Shown here piece by piece: positions 34,822-43,689 of a stretch of 64,000 nucleotides of DNA. The notes beneath the pieces were generated by a model. That model made no database searches. It had not been told where the DNA came from and worked only from the letters and a program-made list of their open reading frames with translations. The translations under genes and the position numbers were made by a program. Position 1 is the first letter of the stretch. Each line of letters starts with the position of its first letter. The stretch is from a virus, in the IMG/VR virus record IMGVR_UViG_3300029131_000181. One strand, 5' to 3'.

Positions 34822-35274
34822 TTATTTACTCGTTTGTTTTTTTAGCTTGTCCCTCGTTTCCATCAGAATAATCCCAAGCCGGTTCTGACCCGGGATGTTC
34901 CGGCATTTCGGGCAATGGCAGTTTCCCCAGTAGTTATCGTGCCAACTGGTGGTATCTTCCTCGATTGGCTGCGTTCCCGTTTCGAGGAGACGCTGCTTGA
35001 GGTCTTTATTCTGTTCGAATTTAGCCATCACCACGCGGCGCATTACATCGTCCCGGGTTTCGTCCCAGTTGGCAGGGAAAGCCACATGACGGCCAAAATG
35101 CTTAGCCGTTGCCGGAGGCATGTCTGAAAATTGTTTGCGCTCTTCCAGCGGAACCTTGTGGCTCTGAAACGCTGCTTCGGCATTCTTGTAACGAATCCCA
35201 TTCATCACAAATTCGCAAGAATAATAGTTACTCATAAACCAGTAGCGAGGGGTATCTTTTCTAAATCGAATCAT
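34822..35274 (-). CDS. NADAR (DUF1768, YbiA-like) domain protein
   Basis: YWFMSNYY...F...GIRYKNAEAAFQSHK...WDETRDDVMRRVVMAKFEQNKDLKQRLLETG...WGNC follows the NADAR consensus closely. TAGGAGA RBS. Confidence 0.75.
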   Translation of the reverse strand: MIRFRKDTPRYWFMSNYYSCEFVMNGIRYKNAEAAFQSHKVPLEERKQFSDMPPATAKHFGRHVAFPANWDETRDDVMRRVVMAKFEQNKDLKQRLLETGTQPIEEDTTSWHDNYWGNCHCPKCRNIPGQNRLGIILMETRDKLKKQTSK

Positions 35275-35295
35275 ACGAATCTCCTATTCTCTATC

Positions 35296-35850
35296 TCATG
35301 CGGCGGTTTTATTGCCGCTGTTCTTTTTCTCTACTGCTGTACTCAAAAGACCATCAAACAACTCAACTGCCGTAGACACAAACAGCTGGCTCTGAACCGA
35401 GATTTTTCCCGGCTCCGGAGTCTGCTCTTTCATGTGCGCAGCAGCATTATAAATTGCCGCCAAAACCCCATGCTTCATCAAAACCACTTCTCTGATATCG
35501 GGACTTTCAGCGGCAAGGAAGCTGGCGAGGTTGTAGGCCCGCCCAAGCATCAGCTCATCGTACAGCGGAGCGTTGTGCTGGACCATGGTAGTGTAAACAG
35601 CAGGTTGTTCTCCGAAAGTGCTGAATCGGATGCCTCGGAATCCAGAATTCAGCTCATACAAAAGCGCGAGGCGTTCGGTTAGAAATACTGCCGTCTCAGC
35701 AGTCTTCTTTGCCGTTTTATCAGATAACGGAGCGGCATTGTTCTGCTGTGCCGCGTGCAGAATTTTTTTGGCTAAAAGCCGTTTCGCGTATTCCTGCACA
35801 TCGTGGTCAAGCTCATAGTAAATGTGGCTTGCCGTCTTGTTTGTACGCAT
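35296..35850 (-). CDS. hypothetical protein
   Basis: 184 aa ORF. AGGAGG RBS. Tightly coupled downstream of the helicase gene. Confidence 0.5.
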   Translation of the reverse strand: MRTNKTASHIYYELDHDVQEYAKRLLAKKILHAAQQNNAAPLSDKTAKKTAETAVFLTERLALLYELNSGFRGIRFSTFGEQPAVYTTMVQHNAPLYDELMLGRAYNLASFLAAESPDIREVVLMKHGVLAAIYNAAAHMKEQTPEPGKISVQSQLFVSTAVELFDGLLSTAVEKKNSGNKTAA

Positions 35851-35854
35851 CTTG

Positions 35855-38050
35855 TTACCTCCTGGTTCTTGCCGCCTTCTGTTGTTCGACCCACGCTTCG
35901 GCTTCCTCTACTGTGGCATACACTGCCGTCTCACCGCGCCGGGCAATCTGCTTTCGGGCATTCTGAGCTGCCTGCTCACTCTTGTAAGTTTCATAGCCAA
36001 TGTAGGACCCATCCCATCGGGCAAGGCAGCAATAATATTCGTGGCTCTTAGCGGGAGCTGTCGGGACAAAGGGAGGAGGTACTGCGGGTGTTGCCTGAGT
36101 CGGCTGTGCGGCAGGAATCGGTGTTCCAGTCTTTCTGGCAATTAGATTCTGCTTTTCTGCCATCCAGGCATCAGCTTCCTTCGTATAATAGAAGTACTTT
36201 GCTTCGCAAGTATTGAACAGTGAATAATACAGATTCAACATTTCTTTTTCACTGTTGCAGACCTTCTTGCGAGCCAAATTGTAGCTTGCATCGTAGTAGC
36301 AGCAGATGAAAGCATCCCCACGCGGTGCTTTCTTCGTCTCGTCTTCCTTGTAGTCTGGATACAGCTTGGCGAGGTCTTCTGCCGTATTCTTTTCCGGGTC
36401 CAGCGTGGATGCGTCGAACCCATTCGGAAGTTTCCAGTCATGAGAACTGATGATGTCCAAAAAGCTGCTTGCATAGCGCAATGTCCAGCGCCCAACATGG
36501 ACGAACCCAAAACTTTCAAGACACCGAATCTGTTTCGGGGTAGCCATTCCGCTGGCTCTGCGAGCAATGAGTCGTTTGAGAATTGCAGCGGCAAGGCCCT
36601 GAGATTTGATGGCATCCCCTTTTACGCCGTAGCACGAAATACTATCGATGATGTCATCGGAAGGCTCCTGCCTCTCACTCTCAAACATCGGCTGATAATC
36701 GTTGAGTTCCGGCGCTTCGATGCTGAAAATGTACTGCAGCGGGTCAACCAATCCTCTCGGCTTTTGACGCTGTGCCTTGAGCTTGCGCTGAATCGTATCC
36801 TGCTTTTCGAGTTCACACAGTGCTTTCCGCTTTTCCTCGTCCAGCTCAGTCTGTGCTTCCTCGATTGCCTCAATCAGCCCCAATTCAGGACTCCCGAAAT
36901 TCTCCTGGCTATTCGAACCGGTGAGTGCCGCATCCGCCAGCATATCGGTGGTCTTTTGTGCCACTTCTTGGTCTTCACAGAAAATATCAGCAGGATGGCA
37001 AAGACTATGTTTCTTTGTCAGCCACAGGAAATCCAGCACGAGAAGATTCTTTTTCCCTTCACACAGACGTGTTCCGCGTCCCACAATCTGCGCATACAGG
37101 CTGCGGCTCCTGGTAGGACGCAGGCAAATGATGCAGTCAACGGTCGGGCAATCCCAGCCTTCCGTCAGAAGCATCGCGTTCGTGAGCGCCTTGTACTCGC
37201 CGTTGTCGAATCCTTTCAGAACGTCCTCGCGGTCCGCAGACGCGCCATTGACTTCTGCAGTCTTGAAGTTCCGCTTATTGAGGATATTGCACAGTCTTTT
37301 GCTGATTCGTACCAGAGGCGTAAAGATAACGGTCTTTCGGTTCTGGCATTCTCGTACAATGGCATCCGCAATCGTGTCCAGATACAGGTCAAGAACATTG
37401 CCGAGGTCCTGAGCACTGAAATCACCGGCGTTGATATGGACTTTGCTGATATCCACCTTGACAGGAATCGTCTTCGTGTTGATTTTGCAGAGATAACCTT
37501 CCCGAATTGCATCCGGAAGCTTATATTCAAATGCAAGACTATCAAAGATATCAGATAGGGATTTCATGTCGCTTCGGTCGGGTGTTGCGGTCACGCCCAA
37601 CACTTTGGCATCGATGAAATGCTCGAGAATTCCCTTGTAAGTTTTGGTTGCCGTGTGATGCGCTTCATCAATGATGATAGTCCCGAAATAATCACGCGGA
37701 TACTTCATTAACCGATTCTGCTTAGAGAGAGTCTGTACACTGGCAACCACGACCATCTTATCGGAATCGAGCGCCGAGCTTTGTGCTTTCTCTAACGCGG
37801 TCTCTAGCCCCGTCACCATCTTGAGCTTGTCGCTTGCCTGCTGTAAAAGCTCTTCCCGGTGCGCAAGAATCAAAACGTGTTCGCCCTTTGCCACCTGGTC
37901 GTTCACGATGCTTGCAAACACAATAGTTTTGCCGGTTCCGGTCGGCATCACAACCAGCGTTTTCTTATTCCCGGCATCCCACTCCCTGTGAATCGCTGCA
38001 GCAGCTTCCTGTTGGTAGGGCCGGGAGTCAATCTTCTTTGTCATTGTCAT
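35855..38050 (-). CDS. SF2 DEAD/DEAH-box (ResIII-like) helicase
   Basis: Walker A PTGTGKT, DEAH box IIDEAHH, motif VI QIVGRGTR. 731 aa with a Pro/Ala-rich C-terminal extension. Confidence 0.8.
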   Translation of the reverse strand: MTMTKKIDSRPYQQEAAAAIHREWDAGNKKTLVVMPTGTGKTIVFASIVNDQVAKGEHVLILAHREELLQQASDKLKMVTGLETALEKAQSSALDSDKMVVVASVQTLSKQNRLMKYPRDYFGTIIIDEAHHTATKTYKGILEHFIDAKVLGVTATPDRSDMKSLSDIFDSLAFEYKLPDAIREGYLCKINTKTIPVKVDISKVHINAGDFSAQDLGNVLDLYLDTIADAIVRECQNRKTVIFTPLVRISKRLCNILNKRNFKTAEVNGASADREDVLKGFDNGEYKALTNAMLLTEGWDCPTVDCIICLRPTRSRSLYAQIVGRGTRLCEGKKNLLVLDFLWLTKKHSLCHPADIFCEDQEVAQKTTDMLADAALTGSNSQENFGSPELGLIEAIEEAQTELDEEKRKALCELEKQDTIQRKLKAQRQKPRGLVDPLQYIFSIEAPELNDYQPMFESERQEPSDDIIDSISCYGVKGDAIKSQGLAAAILKRLIARRASGMATPKQIRCLESFGFVHVGRWTLRYASSFLDIISSHDWKLPNGFDASTLDPEKNTAEDLAKLYPDYKEDETKKAPRGDAFICCYYDASYNLARKKVCNSEKEMLNLYYSLFNTCEAKYFYYTKEADAWMAEKQNLIARKTGTPIPAAQPTQATPAVPPPFVPTAPAKSHEYYCCLARWDGSYIGYETYKSEQAAQNARKQIARRGETAVYATVEEAEAWVEQQKAARTRR

Positions 38051-38060
38051 ATTTCACCTA

Positions 38061-38092
38061 AAAAAACAAGCAGGCCCGAAATGAGCCTGCCT
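38061..38092 (-). terminator. intrinsic terminator abutting the helicase RBS
   Basis: GCAGGC-ccgaaatga-GCCTGC hairpin plus a 7-U run, immediately upstream of the AGGTGAA RBS. Confidence 0.45.
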
Positions 38093-38106
38093 TACATTTT
38101 CCCAAT

Positions 38107-38307
38107 TTAGTTCATTGCCCGCTGCATCACAAATATGATGCCGGTTGCCAAAACCATAACGCCAATGTCTCTGACAACGGTTCCGACCCGTTTATCATTG
38201 GTAATGTCCTGATTCCATTCAAATCCCCAACCAATCATAGCGACACCAACCACAATCAAAATAACACCAACAATCGTTAAGCTCTCTTCTGATAAACCGT
38301 ACATCAT
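38107..38307 (-). CDS. small membrane protein (66 aa, 2 TM)
   Basis: MMYGLSEESLTIVGVILIVVGVAMIGWGF... GGAAAGG RBS. The longer listed ORF overlaps promoter P7. Confidence 0.45.
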   Translation of the reverse strand: MMYGLSEESLTIVGVILIVVGVAMIGWGFEWNQDITNDKRVGTVVRDIGVMVLATGIIFVMQRAMN

Positions 38308-38321
38308 GCATTTCCTTTCCG

Positions 38322-38358
38322 CAAACAAAAAGCCCCGCACAAGCAATTCATGCGGGGC
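38322..38358 (-). terminator. leader terminator between promoter P7 and the small membrane protein gene
   Basis: GCCCCGCA-caagcaattca-TGCGGGGC perfect 8 bp stem plus U-run, about 15 nt before the RBS. Confidence 0.55.
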
Positions 38359-38391
38359 AGCGATTCGATATACTTCTACTTTATATTTGCT

Positions 38392-38419
38392 ATTGTACGC
38401 AATTCGCACAGATTAGCAA
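38392..38419 (-). promoter_or_regulatory. promoter P7 with conserved spacer element (best consensus copy)
   Basis: Minus strand reads TTGCTA-atctgtgcgaattgcg-TACAAT. Confidence 0.55.
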
Positions 38420-38476
38420 TAGAAAATTACAAAAAATTCCCGCATGAGCGCTATCACTCACGCGGGAAAATGCTGC

Positions 38477-39085
38477 TTAGTACTCGGTGCAGAGAACCGT
38501 CAAAAGGCTGGAGAAGTAGTACATTGCGATGGTCGTGATTTTCACAGCATCGCTTCCCTGCCCGTTTGCAAGGCGTGTAAAAGTTCCGCCGTTCTTGAGT
38601 CGGGTCATGGTCAGGTACATGAGCATATAGGTGTTCACATAGACGTCTGTATATCGCTGACCGTCGTCCTCGTAGCGCTGCGGGATACATTCCTGACTCA
38701 ACATTTCAATGAGCTGATACCAGGATTTCAGGAACAGCGGGCTCTTCGGCTCATTCAGAGCATTCTGAGCCTGCTTCTGGTATTCCTTCAAAGTCTCCTC
38801 TTTCAGAGGCATAAACTCAACGTTCGCAAACTTATCGCGGTTGTAGTAGAGCCACAGCGTAGCGTTGGACAGGTCCATGCAGATACCGGCGAGCTTCTCC
38901 GCCTTTTCGTCTTCCAGCTGAGTCACCGGAACGCTCGGGTCATCGATTTCGGCATCTTCGGAAGTCATGTCCACAATCCGGTAGCTGTTCTCCTCTGCCC
39001 GAATTTCAGAACTGACGAAGCGCTTGAAATCGTCAACGAGAGTCCGATAAGCTTCGAGCTGAGCATTTTCTTTCTGTTCACTCAT
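38477..39085 (-). CDS. hypothetical protein
   Basis: 202 aa. TAGGAGA RBS. Confidence 0.55.
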   Translation of the reverse strand: MSEQKENAQLEAYRTLVDDFKRFVSSEIRAEENSYRIVDMTSEDAEIDDPSVPVTQLEDEKAEKLAGICMDLSNATLWLYYNRDKFANVEFMPLKEETLKEYQKQAQNALNEPKSPLFLKSWYQLIEMLSQECIPQRYEDDGQRYTDVYVNTYMLMYLTMTRLKNGGTFTRLANGQGSDAVKITTIAMYYFSSLLTVLCTEY

Positions 39086-39123
39086 GTTTATATCTCCTAT
39101 TCGTTCTATCTTGGATTTTTATT

Positions 39124-39152
39124 TATTGTATGCGTATCGCACGTTTTTGCAA
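39124..39152 (-). promoter_or_regulatory. promoter P8 with conserved spacer element
   Basis: Minus strand reads TTGCAA-aaacgtgcgatacgca-TACAAT. Confidence 0.5.
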
Positions 39153-39290
39153 GAGTTCTGGCCCTAAGCACATTTTTGGCAGTTTGTCAATGGCCGCAGA
39201 ATATCAAAGTGCTGTTAAAGTTCAGGCGGAAAAACGTTCTGGAACCAACAAACCCGGGCTCCCGCCTCTTGCATTTGTTTACCGCCTTTT

Positions 39291-39998
39291 TCAGCCTGTG
39301 TTCTGGCTGTTCTTCTTGACATCGGCTGCAACCTTCAAGCGGCGTATGTACTCTTCCAGTTCCTCCAGCGTATAGGTCTCTTCCATCTCAATCGGATTCT
39401 TAGCGTCTTTGGGCAGGTAGCTTTTCGTGCAGACGAATTCAGGAGTTGTCACGGGACAATCCAGAACCGTTTCATCGTACAGTTCCTTCTCAATGTTGCG
39501 GTAGAGAAAGAACGGGATATGCCGTCCGCAATCGTCATCCGATTCCGTCCATTCCGGGAGTTCCTGAATCTCGCGGCCATATGTTTCATACAATACCGTG
39601 TTTGCCCGAGCATTGCCAAGCAGGGTATTGTACAGCTTGAAGTTTTCCCTCACTTCACGGCGAAAGAACTTCGGGAGCGAGAACTCCTCGAATTCCAGCT
39701 TCGTATCAGAACGTAGATAGTAGCGGTACTGCGCCTCGACCGGCATGAATTCAGTCGTGTTGTTCAGTTCTTTCAAAGCGTTGAGTCGTTCACTCGTTTT
39801 TTTGACATTATGCCTTGCATAGCACAGATACGCTGAAACCAGAATCATCAGAAGAAGAGCTGCAAGGATAATGACAATGAGCCATTCCTCGCCTTCCATA
39901 TGCGGCAGGTGTTTCAGAATACTATCCTGGATAGCATAAGGAAGGTCATCGAACCATTCATAGAACCCAATCGGGTCCTGATAAGTATGGGGAGCCAT
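39291..39998 (-). CDS. single-pass membrane protein, hypothetical
   Basis: 235 aa. One TM helix (LIVIILAALLLMILVSAYL). Confidence 0.55.
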   Translation of the reverse strand: MAPHTYQDPIGFYEWFDDLPYAIQDSILKHLPHMEGEEWLIVIILAALLLMILVSAYLCYARHNVKKTSERLNALKELNNTTEFMPVEAQYRYYLRSDTKLEFEEFSLPKFFRREVRENFKLYNTLLGNARANTVLYETYGREIQELPEWTESDDDCGRHIPFFLYRNIEKELYDETVLDCPVTTPEFVCTKSYLPKDAKNPIEMEETYTLEELEEYIRRLKVAADVKKNSQNTG

Positions 39999-40016
39999 GA
40001 TTCACCCTCACCGCCA

Positions 40017-40904
40017 TCAGTAAATAAACTTGCATTCCCGGCGTTCCCGGCCATTGCCGCACCAGTAATGCCGCCAGCGGGGAGTTTTGCCTTCCCCATT
40101 CTTTTTGTATTCTTTGGCCGCATTCTCACCAACGGTATATGTCTTGACGTTGATTCGCTGTGCCTTTCCCTGAAACACGAATACCGGGCGGTCACGCTTT
40201 TTGGAAGTTTCCAAGCAGACATCAGGGTTCTTGCTGGCAAGATAGTTGGCGCACAGGATTGCCAGCCGGACATAAGGTGTGCCGCCGTCAAAGACCGAAG
40301 GGACTGCTTCCATCACAGCCGGTACGCTGATACCATTTACTTGCCGCTGCCCTGCTGCCTTTTCCAGGTATTCTTTCGTGCTCCGAGTTGCTTCCGTCAA
40401 ACTCTGATTTTCCTTGGCCCAGGCAGGCAGAGTCAGGAACGTGAAATCATCGTGGCTGCCCTTAGTGGGGCCGACAAGAACGATACCGAAAGCTGTGGTT
40501 TTCTCTTTTTCGTCGAATTCCACATGCACGAACATACCGTTGTAGTCGTAGCTGTCATACACCGGGATAAAGAAATCACGAACCGGGAGTCGCTGCAGGA
40601 TATCCTGATGAATTGCCACGTCATCCGTATCCATCAGCATTTTCTGAAACTCGTAGTCAAAATCATAGACCGTCTTCGTCTGATTCCAGCAGCCAATGGT
40701 AAAGCAGGGAAAAATCTGCGCAGCCAAAACACGCTCAAAACCCGGCGTGTTCATTCTCTGCGCCGCTGTCATGCAGCACAGCATCGCGGACTTGTTGTAT
40801 TCTTCCAGCGTTTTTCCACACGGGTCACTGAATCCAAAATGGTTTCGGGTTTGTTTGGTAACGGCATTCGCCGTCAATGCGATTCTCAGCTGTTCATTGG
40901 TCAT
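40017..40904 (-). CDS. hypothetical protein
   Basis: 295 aa ORF. ATGA overlap with the upstream gene. Confidence 0.55.
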   Translation of the reverse strand: MTNEQLRIALTANAVTKQTRNHFGFSDPCGKTLEEYNKSAMLCCMTAAQRMNTPGFERVLAAQIFPCFTIGCWNQTKTVYDFDYEFQKMLMDTDDVAIHQDILQRLPVRDFFIPVYDSYDYNGMFVHVEFDEKEKTTAFGIVLVGPTKGSHDDFTFLTLPAWAKENQSLTEATRSTKEYLEKAAGQRQVNGISVPAVMEAVPSVFDGGTPYVRLAILCANYLASKNPDVCLETSKKRDRPVFVFQGKAQRINVKTYTVGENAAKEYKKNGEGKTPRWRHYWCGNGRERRECKFIY

Positions 40905-41500
40905 TTGTTATCCTCCAAATTATTTTTGATTTTTGCCATATGCAAACAGCGCTGGACCATCCCAATGGTGAATTTGCGAGTCGTCAGTACTGTCATGAGC
41001 TTGCCTTCATTACCCTTGATAGTTCGTTCCAAAATGTTCCAGGATTCGCTTTCGGGCTTGACATTGGTATATAAGTCCAGCGGAACATACAGCCACGCGA
41101 TTTCACTGTCCTGCATCACGGCATAGGATTGTAGGATTTTATCAATTGCCTCCACGCCGACCTTCCAGCTGGTGATTATGGTCCGGCTGATATCGTATAC
41201 AATCAGGTGCGGTGCTTCATTTGCTTCCGTATCAACTTCAATGACATGAGCAATATACGGTTTCCCGTCCACCAGCTTATACCGATAAATGATGGACGGG
41301 ATTTTCTCTCGAATCAATCTGTCATGTTCAAGCGCCAAGTCCGCGTACTCGCCCGTTGCATCAATGATGATGACTCGTCCCTGACAGGTCCTCAGTGTCG
41401 CTCTAATTTGCTTGCGGCACCAGGCAGAGCTGCTCTCTTTGTACTCCGTCGAGACAAGAAAGAAATTCCTGCCCGGTGTGATAATGGGTTCATAGCTCAT
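40901..41500 (-). CDS. hypothetical protein
   Basis: 199 aa. AGAGGA RBS. Confidence 0.55.
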   Translation of the reverse strand: MSYEPIITPGRNFFLVSTEYKESSSAWCRKQIRATLRTCQGRVIIIDATGEYADLALEHDRLIREKIPSIIYRYKLVDGKPYIAHVIEVDTEANEAPHLIVYDISRTIITSWKVGVEAIDKILQSYAVMQDSEIAWLYVPLDLYTNVKPESESWNILERTIKGNEGKLMTVLTTRKFTIGMVQRCLHMAKIKNNLEDNK

Positions 41501-41539
41501 TGTTTATCCTCTGTAGCTTTTGTAATTCATTCACTTTTA

Positions 41540-41567
41540 ATTGTCTGCAATTCGCACAGTTTCGCAA
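41540..41567 (-). promoter_or_regulatory. promoter P9 with conserved spacer element
   Basis: Minus strand reads TTGCGA-aactgtgcgaattgcag-ACAATT. Confidence 0.45.
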
Positions 41568-41600
41568 CATGATATTGTCTGTGAATACCAGTTATCGGAG

Positions 41601-42239
41601 TCATAGTCCTTTGACAAAATTCGGGTCGTAGTGGGACAGGACTTCCTCGTTCAAGCTGTATTCGCAGTTGATAGTCGTTGCGTCATCCACATACATGCCT
41701 CGGTTTGCGTAGTATATTCCATCAATATAAATGGCGAACATGACGGACGGCATCAGTGCCTTTTCATTCACTGCGTAAATCAGGTATTCATCCAGATTAT
41801 CCTTGACCACCGCGCTCTTATTGATTTGGGCGATTTGCTGTCCGCCAAGAAATACAGGGCAGCATACTCCTTCTTTTCCAAAACCAATTTTGTAGCTCTG
41901 GTATTCCTCGCCATACAGCTGCATGGCGATAGAATTGTATCCTTGGAGGAATCCGGTTTTTGTATGGATGACGGAAATCTCGCCTACCCTGCGGTTGTTC
42001 TCACAGATAGCAAAAGGGTGTCTCAGAATATCTTTCGTGTTGATGCCGCGCATGTACGCCCTTGCGTCAGCAGCTGGCATGTATTGCAGCAGGAACTTGG
42101 AATCATTCAGCCGGATGCCATAACCTTGCCGCAGCACTTTCGGAATATAGTGTGCCTGCCCGATAACGGCCTTGCCTTTCACGATATCGAAGGTGAACTC
42201 ATATCCTTTCGATTTGGTTTGCTTCACAATCCATTGCAA
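41601..42239 (-). CDS. hypothetical protein
   Basis: 212 aa ORF. Confidence 0.55.
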   Translation of the reverse strand: MQWIVKQTKSKGYEFTFDIVKGKAVIGQAHYIPKVLRQGYGIRLNDSKFLLQYMPAADARAYMRGINTKDILRHPFAICENNRRVGEISVIHTKTGFLQGYNSIAMQLYGEEYQSYKIGFGKEGVCCPVFLGGQQIAQINKSAVVKDNLDEYLIYAVNEKALMPSVMFAIYIDGIYYANRGMYVDDATTINCEYSLNEEVLSHYDPNFVKGL

Positions 42240-42667
42240 AACTCAATCGCCTCCTTTTGCCTTCTCACTCGCTGGATAACCTTGTAAATACCAGGAACCG
42301 AGAGCTGATATTTTTCGGATAGTTTCTGCACCGGCACGCCGCTCTCGTATTCTCGAAAGATATTCTCATTGCGCGGTCTTTGTCTAATTTTGATGCGCTC
42401 ATTTCTACGGTTTTCAGTCAGGCCCGCATCGTTGGCAACCATGCTGCAATATCCTTCTGCCACGTTGAATTTTGCAATCATTTCCTTGAGAGGGACACTG
42501 GCTTTGTACGCAGCAAGAATTTCGGCCTTTCTAGCATCCTCTACCTGCGCCAACTGAATTCTGGCCTCCTGTTTCGCGTCGTCTAACGCTCGATAGCATG
42601 TACGGACGCTCAACCTGTATTTTGCGGCAAGCTCCTCAATGGAATAGCCGTTGCCGTAGTCTTTCAT
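42224..42667 (-). CDS. triple-HTH DNA-binding protein (fourth member of the family at 1..1481)
   Basis: Repeats IEELAAKYRLSVRTCYRALDDA; LKEMIAKFNVAEGYCSMVANDAG; VQKLSEKYQLSVPGIYKVIQRV. Start moved to MKDYGNG because the 5' extension is the promoter P10 motif. Confidence 0.55.
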   Translation of the reverse strand: MKDYGNGYSIEELAAKYRLSVRTCYRALDDAKQEARIQLAQVEDARKAEILAAYKASVPLKEMIAKFNVAEGYCSMVANDAGLTENRRNERIKIRQRPRNENIFREYESGVPVQKLSEKYQLSVPGIYKVIQRVRRQKEAIEFCNGL

Positions 42668-42751
42668 GATATTGCAATTTCGCTCAATCAACTTTTTGCT
42701 TGCAAATTTTGAGATGGTACTCAACTCCTTTGCTTTACGCTTTATTTCTGA

Positions 42752-42779
42752 TTGTCTGCAATTCGCACAAATGGGCAAC
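42752..42779 (-). promoter_or_regulatory. promoter P10 with conserved spacer element
   Basis: Minus strand reads TTGCCC-atttgtgcgaattgcag-ACAATC. Confidence 0.45.
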
Positions 42780-42829
42780 TATTTTTGCGAAATAAGAAGG
42801 CAGGCTCCGAAAAGAACCTGCCATGCATA

Positions 42830-43211
42830 TTAGAGGTTAAAGATGCCCAGCCAGCGCCGAAACTTGATGCCGAACAATTCCTGTGCCTGCTCGTAGTTCA
42901 TGATAAGCTGGTTGCCGCCAGAAATCAACACTATGCCGTCCGGCGTATAAGCCGTTTCCGTAAGCTTTATTGACGGCCTTTTTGAGCTCCTCTTGAAACT
43001 CCTGCTCTTCCATTTCGTTCTTTCTGAATGCTTCCGCAAACGCCTTGTACAAGTCATAGGTCTCTTTGTCGGGGTTAAATGGTGCGGTTCTGTAGTATTC
43101 TGTTACGAACCACTTTTTGCCATCGATGCTGGTCAGATAAAATCTTGTATTCGGAATCGGAATGCTTCCCATCATGTCAATCACCATCCTCCACGACCAA
43201 GGCGAACCCAC
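42830..43211 (-). CDS. hypothetical protein with apparent frameshift near 43040-43060
   Basis: The N-terminal part in one frame (…EELKKAVNKAYG) and a coding-like C-terminal part in another (…TPDGIVLISGGNQLIMNYEQAQELFGIKF) meet near an A5 run (ctcaaaaagg). Confidence 0.35.
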
Positions 43212-43570
43212 TCGGTTTTCGTGGTGTGCGAAGTATGATGAGCATATACTTCATATTGCAGCTTGCGCTCATACTCTGCTCTTGACGCTTGTTCTTCCTT
43301 CAGCTCCTTGACTGTGGCGAGCAGCTTATCTTCTCGACCTTCCGCTTCACCCTTGGCAAAAGCTGCTTTTTCGGCTTCTTCGATGCGCTGGTATCTGCTC
43401 TTTCGCTCTTTCTCGATGTAGAGTAACCCGTTGGCTACTGCATCAAGGAACGCTTGCATCTCAGATTCCGGGATAGGTTCTTGGCTTTCTCTGCTTTTGG
43501 ATATACAGCAAAAGCCCTCATCGTCGTAATGGATGAAATAGGGTGAGTTCGGAACCTGTTGTACTCGCAT
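43181..43570 (-). CDS. hypothetical coiled-coil protein
   Basis: 129 aa ORF. Confidence 0.45.
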   Translation of the reverse strand: MRVQQVPNSPYFIHYDDEGFCCISKSRESQEPIPESEMQAFLDAVANGLLYIEKERKSRYQRIEEAEKAAFAKGEAEGREDKLLATVKELKEEQASRAEYERKLQYEVYAHHTSHTTKTEWVRLGRGGW

Positions 43571-43689
43571 AGGGCACTTCTTCCTTCCGTCTCAAAGACA
43601 ATTTGCCGGGACTGTCTCCCGTTGCCCGCTGCTCGCCGCGTGGAGGCTGTCTTTTGGAGCAGCTGCGCGGACAAAACCGCGCTTTTGAG

